Position numbers and translations under genes: made by a program. A stretch of 64,000 nt of DNA. It comes from Candidatus Kerfeldbacteria bacterium (lineage in GTDB: Bacteria; Patescibacteriota; Patescibacteriia; UBA10025; JAHIVO01). The stretch lies in NCBI GenBank assembly GCA_016214565.1, contig JACROE010000002.1, forward strand, positions 984,007 through 1,048,006. The letters are read 5' to 3'. The notes beneath the pieces are model-generated. The model saw only the letters and a list, made by a program, of their open reading frames with translations, searched no databases and was not told the origin of the DNA. Of this stretch, positions 37,183 through 47,926 are shown in pieces (the first letter of the stretch is position 1; every line of letters starts with the position of its first letter).

Positions 37183-39138
37183 TTAATCGAAGGTTATTTC
37201 AACCAAACGATCCTGGGACAGAATGGATGAAAATGAAACTACAGTATCGGCTATTATGGTATCAATGTCAAGCCCAGCAGCTTGCTGCGGCGGCTGCTTC
37301 AAATCTATTCGTGCCGACACTGCATGATTTCCGGCTCCTGCTTGCTTCTGAATAAGAAGCTTATAAGAACCTGCGCTCATTTGATCGTAAATTCTTTTGG
37401 GTAAGTGGTATTTATAATGCAGCGTTTTTGATTCACCCGGCTCAATGCAAATAAACGCCCCAAAAGAAGTCTTTTGATACTCTTCAAGTGTTTCAACGCC
37501 ACCCACGTCGTCCATCTTGCAATCAACCATGGTGCCTTCTGATTTCAGTAATGTAGACCCTTCCGGAACATAGACCCGAGTGTACGTTCGATAACGAGTT
37601 GTTTTCCAGGTTATTGTTCCCGTATTCTCATAAGTAATGTTCACATCAGCTATCAAGTTCTCACCATCGCGCTCAACTGAATAGTTAATTGTCCTTCTAA
37701 CCACCGGATCAGTTTTCAAGCTTGCTAAGTTTGCATCAATAACTGACAAATAATCGTGATCAACTTGTTCAATTGCCCCACCCCAATTTTCCTTAAGAAT
37801 CATACTTTGGACGTACTCGTCGTTGGCATATAACAAAATTTGTTTTTCCTTAATATTTTGCTGAAATACTTCCCATAATTCTGGCCAACGACTTTTCGGC
37901 AGCGCGAGTACATCATCAAGGATAATTTTTGATAATACGCCGATTATTTCTTTGCGCTCGGACAATTCTAGACCTTGTCGTAGAAATCCACGTTCTACTT
38001 GATCCTGAAGCTGATCGGTAAAATTTTCAGAGGTAAACGTTAATCCGTTAACGGTTATTTCTCCGGTTAGCCCGAGTAACGACTGGATAAAGGTCGGGGT
38101 TATCGCAACCGTACCATCTAAGTTTTTTTCTGGACCTCGTTCTTCGCGATAAAACCACTGAGCCAATTCACCAGTAGTTGGAAAATCTGGTGACCAACTA
38201 GCCCCTCTTAAAAAAAGCTTTGGGGCGGCATTATAGCGAGCGACCTGCCATGGGGCGTCAACGTCAAGCCATTCTTCAGCTGGCTCATCCAAGTTGTATA
38301 CGTTATCGGTTACAAATGAAGTAATGTCGCCATCCCTAATTTTGAGAATGCCATAGGTTCCAATAAATCCACCAGACGGGGCCAACTCCGCATTATTTTC
38401 CAATAAAAAAAGATACGTTTTAGGTTCTGGATAGCCTGCTATTAAGGGTAAAATTTGACTCACGGATATCGCCTGATCCAAACCTGACTGCAAGAGCGGC
38501 ACCTGTTCTTTAAGTGGGGCAATAACCTCACTTATTTGCCGAATTAAGCCATGGCTGGGAATTTTGTCGACATAGGAAACGGCCTGATCAATAGACACCT
38601 TTGCTTCTTCAAGTTTTGGTTTTGAATTGTATATATCGGCAAGTAATTGATGTGTCTGCTCCTCTGTTAATGTTGCTAAACTAATTTCTTCGTCTTTCGT
38701 AAGTGGGGCGACGATTGACGAGGCTATTGCAGAAACATCATGAACTGACTGGCCAGTAGCTATTCCTACAGAAAATAAATTATCGATTGCCTTAATTTGA
38801 GTTCCTAACCAAGGCGCATGCTGCAGCCAAAGAAATTTTTTAAACGTTTTTTGGGCCGATGTAAAATCATTTATTGCTGCATCAAGGAGAATCTGCGCAC
38901 CACTGAAATCCTGGGCAAGTAATGAATCCTGTGCTTTTAAAAAGGAATCTTTACCAGCCTTGCTCTGAGCCAGAACCTCCTGTGCGGGGGCCATGTATGT
39001 CCACCCAAGTACAATACAAAAAAGCGACAACATAACAATCCCCCCAAAACAATACCACCATACTTTTTTTCGTGTTTTGCGGGGCGGATGATAAATTACT
39101 TTTGGATTTACAAAGTTTCTAATCTTTTTATTTTTCAT
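37183..39138 (-). CDS. DUF4012 domain membrane-anchored protein
   Basis: N-terminal TM, then KTYLFLLENNAELAPSGGFIGTYGILKIRDGDIT. This resembles the DUF4012 core as I recall it (YLvlfqNnaElR.tGGfiGsy). Confidence 0.5.
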   Translation of the reverse strand: MKNKKIRNFVNPKVIYHPPRKTRKKVWWYCFGGIVMLSLFCIVLGWTYMAPAQEVLAQSKAGKDSFLKAQDSLLAQDFSGAQILLDAAINDFTSAQKTFKKFLWLQHAPWLGTQIKAIDNLFSVGIATGQSVHDVSAIASSIVAPLTKDEEISLATLTEEQTHQLLADIYNSKPKLEEAKVSIDQAVSYVDKIPSHGLIRQISEVIAPLKEQVPLLQSGLDQAISVSQILPLIAGYPEPKTYLFLLENNAELAPSGGFIGTYGILKIRDGDITSFVTDNVYNLDEPAEEWLDVDAPWQVARYNAAPKLFLRGASWSPDFPTTGELAQWFYREERGPEKNLDGTVAITPTFIQSLLGLTGEITVNGLTFTSENFTDQLQDQVERGFLRQGLELSERKEIIGVLSKIILDDVLALPKSRWPELWEVFQQNIKEKQILLYANDEYVQSMILKENWGGAIEQVDHDYLSVIDANLASLKTDPVVRRTINYSVERDGENLIADVNITYENTGTITWKTTRYRTYTRVYVPEGSTLLKSEGTMVDCKMDDVGGVETLEEYQKTSFGAFICIEPGESKTLHYKYHLPKRIYDQMSAGSYKLLIQKQAGAGNHAVSARIDLKQPPQQAAGLDIDTIIADTVVSFSSILSQDRLVEITFD

Positions 39139-39295
39139 AGAGGAACCAGATTTCTAACCACTTATTCAAGATTAATACTAAAAAATACTTGTTTAATGCG
39201 TAATTTTTGAGCCTTTAGTCAAACTATTATACCAAATTATTTGAATAGACTCAAGTAATGCACTAATCGTGAAATGGTAAATACTTTTTAACAAT

Positions 39296-40828
39296 CTAGT
39301 CCGAAACACCAAAATGATACAGCGTCCCAATTTCACTTACGACATGTTTGTTATACAAACTGTAATCAAACGGCTTTATTGGATTAGAAAATTTGAGAAG
39401 CAATTCTGGATAAAAATATTCACTTTTTATGGCCAACATACCGTTAATCCGATCAAATGCGCCATAATCATCAAGATATTGAAATTGTCCATTTTTAATT
39501 TCAGAAAATAACTGAGTATTCGACAGCAAGCCAGATTCGGTAATTTGCCCATAGGTGTATGGATCGAGTTCAATTTTTGACGCAGTCGCGTGCGCTACCA
39601 AAGGGTCCTCGACCAAAATTCGCGATGAACGTCTAATAGTAGATACCTCTTGGTTAAATATGTTTAGCCGTTCTGTGGCGTAGGTTTGCACATCCCATGG
39701 CATGGCGGAATATGACCAAAGGACGAAAAAAAACTGTAGGACAAACAATAGAGGGTAGACATGCGCAGCTGGTGCCCGTTGTAATGTATCCCAGGGTACC
39801 GTCGTGCAGGCCGCTAGGACAACCGCCAGAATAAATTCGATGAGATAATTTTGTATTCCCCCATCACGCAATAGCATTAAACCAGTCAGCGCACTACACA
39901 CAACATATATAGAAAGTAGATTTTTTGGTTTACTGATAATTCTTTTGACTGAGGCTATAATGAAAGGGGTTGCGGTTATAGCCGTAATTGCCACAATTCT
40001 AAATGCAGTATACAAATTTCCATAAGAAACCAACCCCGTATATACAAATACCTGTTTTGTAAACTCACCTTTTGTCCAATAATGAAGAAGGAGTATACCA
40101 AGTGTAAGGCACGACGCGTAAATTCCAGCGAAACTTAACAAGTTCTTCTTGTTGCTATTTAAACCCAAATAAATACTATATGCCAGAGGGGCAAACACAA
40201 AATTTTGCTTTGTAAAAAAAGCGAGCGCAAAAATAACTGATGGTATTACGATCCTTAAAAAGTTAATTCGCCACGGAACAACAGTTGTGGCCAACCCGAG
40301 ACAAATTAAAAAAAGGCCAAACATGTCGGGTCGTGCCACACTGCTCCACTGGGATATGACAAATGCGCTCAAAAACAATAAAGCGGCAAATAGACTTGCA
40401 AATAAACTGTGCGTGTACTTTTTTACAATATACCCGACACTTACTCCGCTGCCTAGGAAAAAAATAAATGAAAGGGTTCGCAGAACAGATATATCAGACC
40501 CAAACAGTTTCATCAAGACAGCGCTTACATAATTGAAAAGTGGGGTATAAAAACCAAATATATACGGCCCGGAAACAATATTTTGGTATATTGATTCCCC
40601 TTGCAGAATACTCAGTGAATTGGTAAAAATAAACCCTTCGGCATAATCGAGCCTAAAAGGCACTTCCGCAACAATAAAAAATTTCCAAAAAACACCTACT
40701 GTCGCAAGCAGCGGGATAGTAACTAATAATACTTTTCTCAAGTAAAATTTACCGTCTAGATTGGGACTGACATTGAGCATAGTGACTGCAACGACTAGAG
40801 TAAGTAGCCGCCTTGCTGAGAACAGCAA
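39296..40828 (-). CDS. Polytopic membrane protein, GT-C-like (ArnT/PMT-type) glycosyltransferase candidate
   Basis: 12 or more TM helices. First extracytoplasmic loop carries DYAEG (a GT-C DE/DxD-like motif). Located inside the glycosyltransferase cluster. Confidence 0.4.
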   Translation of the reverse strand: MLFSARRLLTLVVAVTMLNVSPNLDGKFYLRKVLLVTIPLLATVGVFWKFFIVAEVPFRLDYAEGFIFTNSLSILQGESIYQNIVSGPYIFGFYTPLFNYVSAVLMKLFGSDISVLRTLSFIFFLGSGVSVGYIVKKYTHSLFASLFAALLFLSAFVISQWSSVARPDMFGLFLICLGLATTVVPWRINFLRIVIPSVIFALAFFTKQNFVFAPLAYSIYLGLNSNKKNLLSFAGIYASCLTLGILLLHYWTKGEFTKQVFVYTGLVSYGNLYTAFRIVAITAITATPFIIASVKRIISKPKNLLSIYVVCSALTGLMLLRDGGIQNYLIEFILAVVLAACTTVPWDTLQRAPAAHVYPLLFVLQFFFVLWSYSAMPWDVQTYATERLNIFNQEVSTIRRSSRILVEDPLVAHATASKIELDPYTYGQITESGLLSNTQLFSEIKNGQFQYLDDYGAFDRINGMLAIKSEYFYPELLLKFSNPIKPFDYSLYNKHVVSEIGTLYHFGVSD

Positions 40829-40834
40829 AGTTGC

Positions 40835-41665
40835 TTATGTAGCAGTTTTACCATGAATCTGCTGTTTGCCCAAATACTTCCACACATATTTTAACCACGA
40901 AATAATGTGAACCCTGGTCTGTCGATTTAGCATAATTGATATCAAGCCGTGTTGTTTTGCAGATCCCCTGCCGTGGTAGTGGACAACCTCGATGAGGTGA
41001 ATATACATCACGTGCCAATCTGATTCCCAAAATCTGCGACACCAGTCGACGTCCTCAAAATACATAAAAAAACGTTCGTCCATCAATCCGACGTGTTGGA
41101 GCGCTTCGTGTCGAACAATCATACCAGTCCCAATTACCCAATCCACTGCACGCGTCTCGTTATGATCCCAGTCAAGCATCAAATAGCGACTAATGGCCTT
41201 TTTTGCAAAGCTAAATGAACCAAGGAACGTTCGTCGATACAGCGGATATACAAACTTCGGAAACATGCATGAAGATGCTTGAGTTGTGCCATTTGGGTTA
41301 ATTAATTTCGGGCCGGCCAAACCAACTTTGGGGTGAGTATCCATAAATTCAACCATACGTTCAATTGTCCGAGGCTGAACCAACGTGGTGTCCATATTTA
41401 GGATGAGGTAATAACGGGATTCAACTGAACGAATCCCAAAGTTTACCGCTTTGGCATACCCGCCATTATGTTCCAAAGGAATTAAACGTGCTTCCGGAAA
41501 TTGTTCACGAACCATGGCAACGCTGTCGTCATTGGAATTATTGTCAATAACAACTACAGTTGCTTTATCACGTGGCAACGTAAGATTATCGAAAATAGAC
41601 TTAAGGCATTGTCGAAGCAAGCCTCGAGCATTGTAATTGACGATAACAATGGATACGTCAAGCAT
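40835..41665 (-). CDS. Glycosyltransferase family 2
   Basis: SIVIVNYNARGLLRQCLKSI...VVVIDNNSNDDS (DxD) is typical of GT-A/GT2. Confidence 0.8.
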   Translation of the reverse strand: MLDVSIVIVNYNARGLLRQCLKSIFDNLTLPRDKATVVVIDNNSNDDSVAMVREQFPEARLIPLEHNGGYAKAVNFGIRSVESRYYLILNMDTTLVQPRTIERMVEFMDTHPKVGLAGPKLINPNGTTQASSCMFPKFVYPLYRRTFLGSFSFAKKAISRYLMLDWDHNETRAVDWVIGTGMIVRHEALQHVGLMDERFFMYFEDVDWCRRFWESDWHVMYIHLIEVVHYHGRGSAKQHGLISIMLNRQTRVHIISWLKYVWKYLGKQQIHGKTAT

Positions 41666-41713
41666 AAGTAATCACGTCAGTAGCTGCAAGTATACAATTT
41701 TTAAACTCTTTTT

Positions 41714-43234
41714 TCAAGCTTTCCATAGCCTCCCCCCAGATCCTGCTTGAGAAGAAACCGTAAAATATTGTATGCATAAAATAACAAAGAATATGCCAAG
41801 CGGATGATTAAGAAAAGGGGTGGTTATGTGAATGCACATCAGGATCAGCAAACAGCTGAGTAAACCAATTATAAACAAACGCTCTTCATCATCTTGACTC
41901 GCCTGATGTACCTGTATGCCAAATTTAAAAACCCGATACATAAAATATGCAATAACAGCTAATCCAACTAACCCTACTTCCGTCAATATATCGAGATAAC
42001 CCCATTCAAAAGCAAAGGAGGTATATACGCCATTGTTAACTTCGAGCGCACGTGGTGCAACAGATTGGTATGTTACGGTTGTGCCATAGCCACTGCCCAT
42101 AATTGGTCGGGTGCGTATTGTATCGATGAGTGGATCAAGCAAAGCGAAGCGACTACTTGCTGCTGGTTCATCTAAATCAGTCACTCGATCAACGAGTAAA
42201 TCACCTGTATTTACGAGTTCCCCTGATAGACCAGGTAATGGCAAATAGATAAGAAATGCATTAATACCGAGTCCAAGCGCTACAACTATGCATGTGCCGA
42301 TCGCTATACCGATGAACTCGCGAAATGAAATTAATTTTTTTATCAATAATATTGAAAACGAAATGGTCAAACCCATCGCCAACCCGAGCCAAAAACTTCT
42401 TGAGTAGCTAATTAGTATTACACTCATTGAAAGAACAATCATAATAATTAACAATACCCTTGATTTAAGCGAGTTTTTCCGACGAACGTAACTTATAAGC
42501 ACAAAAGCAGCGATGACCATGGCAAATACAATCCACAAATGACTTTGGAAAAAAATTCGACTGACACTGCCGACAACGGCTGTTATTTCACCTATTCGTG
42601 TAACTCGAAGCCAACGATAAGCAAACTTAATCAATGACTCGTCAGAAACATGACTAAAATACACTAGTACCAGGTACGTTTTGATAATAACCCAAGTACA
42701 AGCAGCTGATATAACAATAAACAGTTTTTTAAAATCATTTTTTGAAAAAACGATATCAGAAATGACTAAGAGTAGCAGAAAGAATAAATAGCTATTTGCG
42801 TCATTGAATACTGCTGACAATCCATTGCCATGAGCAATACCCAGTAAAATCCCAAAACTGACAATTATTCCCAGTGCAATTATGGGCTTGATTAAAGGGT
42901 TTTTAAAAAAGTAGAGGGTCCGGAATCTGAATCGTCGAATAAGCCAGGCCAAAAAAACTGCAGCAAAAATCGCTATCCGCACAGAAATCCGGGTATCATG
43001 AACCTGAAAATAGAAAAGATAGCCAAACGAACCAATTACAATTTCCGTAGCAACTATACAAAGCCCAGCAAACGGAAATCGCAAGCTGAGCACAAACGTA
43101 AGCACCCCAATTAAAAAAAATGTAGCGGTATTTACGATCGGTTGCTGAAAACCAATTAAAGATAGCATTTCAAAGCATACAATACAAATAATTGAAATGT
43201 AAAATATACTTTTGTTTTTGAAAAAAGTAGTCAC
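41714..43234 (-). CDS. O-antigen ligase / Wzy-like polysaccharide polymerase family membrane protein
   Basis: 10-12 TM helices with a large periplasmic loop near the C-terminal third (ISYSRSFWLGLAMGL), a Wzy_C-like arrangement. Confidence 0.45.
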   Translation of the reverse strand: MTTFFKNKSIFYISIICIVCFEMLSLIGFQQPIVNTATFFLIGVLTFVLSLRFPFAGLCIVATEIVIGSFGYLFYFQVHDTRISVRIAIFAAVFLAWLIRRFRFRTLYFFKNPLIKPIIALGIIVSFGILLGIAHGNGLSAVFNDANSYLFFLLLLVISDIVFSKNDFKKLFIVISAACTWVIIKTYLVLVYFSHVSDESLIKFAYRWLRVTRIGEITAVVGSVSRIFFQSHLWIVFAMVIAAFVLISYVRRKNSLKSRVLLIIMIVLSMSVILISYSRSFWLGLAMGLTISFSILLIKKLISFREFIGIAIGTCIVVALGLGINAFLIYLPLPGLSGELVNTGDLLVDRVTDLDEPAASSRFALLDPLIDTIRTRPIMGSGYGTTVTYQSVAPRALEVNNGVYTSFAFEWGYLDILTEVGLVGLAVIAYFMYRVFKFGIQVHQASQDDEERLFIIGLLSCLLILMCIHITTPFLNHPLGIFFVILCIQYFTVSSQAGSGGRLWKA

Positions 43235-44100
43235 AAATTTCTCTTAACTTTATGAATTCGAAACACTGATTGCAACAAGCCAAGAATGATGTTTAGAAAA
43301 GCAAACGGCAAAAGTAATATATAGTATAGTACGCCTTTATTTTTAAAAAAGTAGTGAAGCATGCTGTGGCACATAATTAACTGAAGGGCGTATGGCTGCC
43401 GCTGTTTAAAACTGGCGGCCTTTTCATGAACAATCTGAATAGCGGGATTGTAGAATGTTTTCCATCCTTTTGAGGCCGCACGATAGCAGTAGTCAACTTC
43501 CTCATACCAAATAAAATATCGTTCGTCCAATAGTCCTATCAGATTCACCAGGCTACGCCGAAAAGCAAAAAAAGCACCCATTACTTGGTCCACGGGCGCC
43601 TCTAGAGTATAGTTAAATTGGGAACAATAATAGTGTTGCAAAATGGAGATATTTGGAAAGAAATTGTGAAGCTTAGTCAAAATAATCATGTGCGAAAGTA
43701 GGTCAGGAAAACGGCGAACTGACCATTGGGTAGAACCATCTGGAAAGATTAAATGTGGGCCCATAATTCCAGCTTCAGCGTGCTGAGCAAAAAACGATAC
43801 AGTCGCATTTAAGGAATTATTTGTTAAAACAGTGTCGGGATTCAATAAAATTATGCACTCACCTTGTGACTGGCTTATGGCTTGATTACAAGCTCGAGCA
43901 AATCCAAAGTTTTTTTTGTTATATATGGCGGTTATAATTGAGCCATATGATTCAATAATTTCTTGAGTTCCGTCAGTTGATGCGTTATCCACAACAAAGA
44001 TCTCACGCGAAACCGCTTGTTGCGTATTAAATATTGAATCTAAACAACGACGAATTTGTTGTCGACTGTTCCAGCTAACAATAATTATTGAAACATCCAT
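43231..44100 (-). CDS. Glycosyltransferase family 2
   Basis: VSIIIVSWNSRQQIRRCLDSI...FVVDNASTDGT. Confidence 0.8.
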   Translation of the reverse strand: MDVSIIIVSWNSRQQIRRCLDSIFNTQQAVSREIFVVDNASTDGTQEIIESYGSIITAIYNKKNFGFARACNQAISQSQGECIILLNPDTVLTNNSLNATVSFFAQHAEAGIMGPHLIFPDGSTQWSVRRFPDLLSHMIILTKLHNFFPNISILQHYYCSQFNYTLEAPVDQVMGAFFAFRRSLVNLIGLLDERYFIWYEEVDYCYRAASKGWKTFYNPAIQIVHEKAASFKQRQPYALQLIMCHSMLHYFFKNKGVLYYILLLPFAFLNIILGLLQSVFRIHKVKRNL

Positions 44101-44112
44101 GATTGAAGCAAT

Positions 44113-44763
44113 TTAGCTAAAAAACTGAGTAATTTTTCGAAAAATGAGTTTAATAATGTTGGTTAGTGAGTATGAAGAAATACCACCTGCGCGCATTGGT
44201 GCATAAAACAATCGCTTATTAACCCAGCAGCCGGTATCCCCGCGCTCAAGCATCCGCTTCCATAAATCCCAATCTTGAAATTTATATAATGATTCATCAA
44301 ATCCAATGAACCTTTCCCGCCGAATTAATGACATGGTACTTATGTAATTCTCTTTTTTTAAACGGTTTGCATCAAAAGGAAACAAATCAAATGTATGAAA
44401 GCCAAATTTAAAATTTGAATAGCAATAGGCTGAGCGTGGATTACGAGATAATTCAGACAGCATATCTGAAATCATTGTATTAGTCAGTACCACATCTGCA
44501 TCGCAGAAAAGCACGTACTCACCTTTTGATACTTTAAAACCTGCATTGCGAGCGGCTGACGCGCCTAGATTTTTTTGATAAATAATCGTAATTTTGTTTT
44601 GATATTTTTTAAGAACTAATAATGTTTGATCAGTAGACCCATCATCGACAGCAATTACCTCTAGGAATGGGTATGTTTGTTTGAAAATTGAATCAAGCGT
44701 CTTTTCAATAGTGTCCGCCGCTTGATAACAAGGAATGATAATACTAATTAAAACTTGATTCAT
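44113..44763 (-). CDS. Glycosyltransferase family 2
   Basis: ISIIIPCYQAADTIEKTLDSIFKQTYPFLEVIAVDDGSTDQT...CDADV. Confidence 0.8.
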   Translation of the reverse strand: MNQVLISIIIPCYQAADTIEKTLDSIFKQTYPFLEVIAVDDGSTDQTLLVLKKYQNKITIIYQKNLGASAARNAGFKVSKGEYVLFCDADVVLTNTMISDMLSELSRNPRSAYCYSNFKFGFHTFDLFPFDANRLKKENYISTMSLIRRERFIGFDESLYKFQDWDLWKRMLERGDTGCWVNKRLFYAPMRAGGISSYSLTNIIKLIFRKITQFFS

Positions 44764-45899
44764 GACAATAAACTAATAATGGCGTTTGCCTGGTCAATGG
44801 TAGAGTATTTTTCGTTCACAAATTGTTTCCCAGCGTCACCGAGTGATTGTGCGCGCTGAGGATTAGAAAGCAGATCAATAATTGCATTCGCTATCTCATT
44901 TATTGATTCAGGGTTAACTAAAATACCCGTTTTGCCATCATGTATTGCTTCCGGGATGCCGCCAGTATTACCGCCAATTACCGGTTTACCGAAAGACGAT
45001 GCTTCTAAGTACACCATGCCAAAACCCTCTACATCGCAGAGCTCACCTTGTGCATCTTTCAATGCACGTGAAGGCATAATAAACATATCAGCAGCGGTAT
45101 AATAAAGATTCAACTCATTATCAGCGAGCTTACCCTTGAATACGACATTATCAAGTAAATTTAAATCTCGTACTAATTTTTTCAACTCCTCTTCCTTAGG
45201 ACCTTTTCCAATAATGATATATTTAATCGTTGGAAACTTTCTTTTTACTAAAGTCAGCGCACGTATAACCTGATCGTGGCCTTTTCGCGATACTAAATTT
45301 CCGACAGTTAGTAAGATTTGCCACCCAAATAAATCGTTATTTTTTTTAAAAGCGTCAACATCATTTCTACTAACTGCGGAACCAAAAAAACGCGGAAAAT
45401 AAGGATATGCGACGACCGTTGATTGTTCATGTGCACCGAGGCTTACAGCTAACTTTTTTGTAAACTCACTATTTGCAATCACGCCATCAGCTTGCCTCAA
45501 TATTGATTGTATTAACGCATGTTTGCGATTATTTCCTTGAGAAATAACTAAATCCTGCCCGTACACATACACAACGTAGGGAATGTGAAAGAATTTTTTT
45601 ATAATCAACGCTGCTGTACCAATAGGCAAAATTTGACCAGCCTGAATCAACTCAACTTTTTCCTGGCGAGCGATTTTCAGCATATGCCACACAAGCAGCA
45701 ACCACCGCGGCCATATATACTGAGGACCGAGAAGTTTTCTTCGTACGATGGAAAAACTTGATTGAATTTTTACATCTGATGGTTGCGTTAAAACCACCAC
45801 ACTCTTTTCAGGAAAGGAAGTGCAAAAATTCCATAGTGAATGGCTAATACCACCAGTGACCGGCGGAAAATCAAAAGTTACTAATAACGATTTCTTCAT
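44760..45899 (-). CDS. Glycosyltransferase family 4
   Basis: GT-B fold with EGFGMVYLEASSFGKPVIGGNTGGIPE. Confidence 0.8.
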   Translation of the reverse strand: MKKSLLVTFDFPPVTGGISHSLWNFCTSFPEKSVVVLTQPSDVKIQSSFSIVRRKLLGPQYIWPRWLLLVWHMLKIARQEKVELIQAGQILPIGTAALIIKKFFHIPYVVYVYGQDLVISQGNNRKHALIQSILRQADGVIANSEFTKKLAVSLGAHEQSTVVAYPYFPRFFGSAVSRNDVDAFKKNNDLFGWQILLTVGNLVSRKGHDQVIRALTLVKRKFPTIKYIIIGKGPKEEELKKLVRDLNLLDNVVFKGKLADNELNLYYTAADMFIMPSRALKDAQGELCDVEGFGMVYLEASSFGKPVIGGNTGGIPEAIHDGKTGILVNPESINEIANAIIDLLSNPQRAQSLGDAGKQFVNEKYSTIDQANAIISLLS

Positions 45900-47377
45900 T
45901 TAAATCGATTTAATAATGCGCGCGAAAACGTCGCAATCTCGCTTCGATCAACGCCTTTTACAAGCAACAATATGCCAATGTATGTAACTGCCGCGATCGG
46001 AATAGTTATAAAAACTGAAATGTAATTTTGCAACACTACGATTACCCCTGCCATTACCAAAGCTGAAAGTGTCGACTTACCCAACACTGTAATAAGAAAT
46101 CGCTTGTCATAGGCGACTATCTTCCCTACCCAGCGTAAACCGAGGAAAAAAAGTATAAAGCCGCTAATAAATGCTGACAGAGCTGCACCATTAAATGAAT
46201 ATTTGGGAATAAGAAGAATGTTAAGAATAATGTTAATAGCCACCGTAATACCCATGTTCCGGGTGTTAATAACTTGCCGATTACACGCATTTAGAAATGC
46301 GCCAACGGGAAAATTTAGAAAAATTACAATTAAGCTAGAAATAAGTATTCTCAGTGGTAAGATTGAGGTTTCGTAATCAACGCCATATAGTGCAATCACC
46401 AGCTTGTCAGCAACGAGTACCATGCCGACGGAAATTGGTACGGCGATAATCATCAAATAATGCATCGCTTTCTGAAACGTTTTAGACAAATCAGCGTGAG
46501 AGTGTAAAAAATATGAGCTCATCGCAGGATAAATGCTTGCCGCGAAAGCAGAGGGAATAAATTCAAGCGCATAGGTCAACTTATGAGCTGTAGCATACCA
46601 GCCAGCGTGTCCTTGGCCATGAATGAAAAGGAGCATGAAACGATCGGTAAACGTGTAAAATTTGATAAAAATTGCGGCGATGGCAAACGGAAATGCCATT
46701 TTTAAAAATTTCACTATTATTTCCTTGTCCCAATGCAACCGTATGCGAATATTCAACCGACTTCGAATCATGTAAAAGGAAAAAATAAAATTGAAAACGC
46801 TGCCTATCACTACGGCAATAAAGAGAGATTGCAATCCCCACCCTAGCAGTAAACTGATAGAGCCAAATATAATAGTCAGTAACTGCGTGCCAATCATTCC
46901 GATTGATTCCCATTTCATGTTTTGCAAACCACGAAAAACAGCAAAAAATGTCAATGTAAACGTATCAAGGACAACAATGATTGCATCAAGGTACAGCACG
47001 ATTTTGACCATCGATGAATAGCCGGAAAAGTTCGTGAACAGTCCCATGCTGGTTATTATGACAAAAGCGAGTACGGCTTTAATTCCCAAAATGCTACTCA
47101 AATATTTTTCCACTCGGTCGGGAGATCGAGCAATCTCACGAACCATTACGGTACTTAAACTAAAGTCAATCAATATCAGCAAGATTGGAATCAATGATTT
47201 TATCGGATCATATAATCCAAGATCAACCGGCCCTAATTGGCGGGCAATAAAAATAAAATACAAAAAAGAAAGTACCTTCTGTATAATAAAGGCAATCGTT
47301 AAGTAGCTCGTATTCTTCAATATGCGTTCCTCGCTGGCAGTGGATTGATTACTAGATACTGCAGCTGATTGTGGCAT
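45896..47377 (-). CDS. Wzx-type polysaccharide flippase (MOP/MATE superfamily polysaccharide biosynthesis protein)
   Basis: About 14 TM helices. The N-terminal KNTSYLTIAFIIQKVLSFLYFIFIARQLGP is typical of Wzx/RfbX. Confidence 0.7.
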   Translation of the reverse strand: MPQSAAVSSNQSTASEERILKNTSYLTIAFIIQKVLSFLYFIFIARQLGPVDLGLYDPIKSLIPILLILIDFSLSTVMVREIARSPDRVEKYLSSILGIKAVLAFVIITSMGLFTNFSGYSSMVKIVLYLDAIIVVLDTFTLTFFAVFRGLQNMKWESIGMIGTQLLTIIFGSISLLLGWGLQSLFIAVVIGSVFNFIFSFYMIRSRLNIRIRLHWDKEIIVKFLKMAFPFAIAAIFIKFYTFTDRFMLLFIHGQGHAGWYATAHKLTYALEFIPSAFAASIYPAMSSYFLHSHADLSKTFQKAMHYLMIIAVPISVGMVLVADKLVIALYGVDYETSILPLRILISSLIVIFLNFPVGAFLNACNRQVINTRNMGITVAINIILNILLIPKYSFNGAALSAFISGFILFFLGLRWVGKIVAYDKRFLITVLGKSTLSALVMAGVIVVLQNYISVFITIPIAAVTYIGILLLVKGVDRSEIATFSRALLNRFK

Positions 47378-47381
47378 GGTA

Positions 47382-47915
47382 TTACCGTTTCTGCCACTGA
47401 GGCGCTCGTCGAGCTTTCTTTAAACCGTATTTCTTTCGTTCTTTGACGCGGGCGTCGACTGTTAGCAATTTGTGCGACCTCAGCAGCGGTTTTAAATTTT
47501 CATCATGCTTAAGCAACACGCGGGCGATGCCTAAACGCACGCTTTCGGCCTGACCTTGAGTACCACCGCCGGAAACCTGAACTGAAAACGATCCCAAACC
47601 CTGCACGTTAGCAACTATTATTGGTTCTTGAACGATTCGCTGCCAACTTGGGTTATTAAAAAAAGCATTAAGTGGCTTCCCATTTACGAATAGTTCAGTC
47701 TGGTCTCCAATAATAAATCTAACTCGAGCAACCGATTGTTTGCGCCGACCGACGGCGTACAAATAGGTTTGTTTGCGCTTTGGCTTGGCGACAGGCACGT
47801 GTACAGGATGTTCCGGATGCTTTACCGGCGTCTTTTTGACATGCTTCTTCTCAGCTTTTTTCTTCGCTGGTGCTTTCTTTTTATGCACACCTGATTTTTT
47901 TATTGCAGTGGTCAT
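47382..47915 (-). CDS. rpsI: Ribosomal protein S9 with a roughly 45-aa lysine-rich N-terminal extension
   Basis: C-terminus ...VKERKKYGLKKARRAPQWQKR matches S9. The N-terminus KKKAPAKKKAEKKHVKK... is an extension. Confidence 0.85.
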   Translation of the reverse strand: MTTAIKKSGVHKKKAPAKKKAEKKHVKKTPVKHPEHPVHVPVAKPKRKQTYLYAVGRRKQSVARVRFIIGDQTELFVNGKPLNAFFNNPSWQRIVQEPIIVANVQGLGSFSVQVSGGGTQGQAESVRLGIARVLLKHDENLKPLLRSHKLLTVDARVKERKKYGLKKARRAPQWQKR

Positions 47916-47926
47916 AGGTAAAAATA

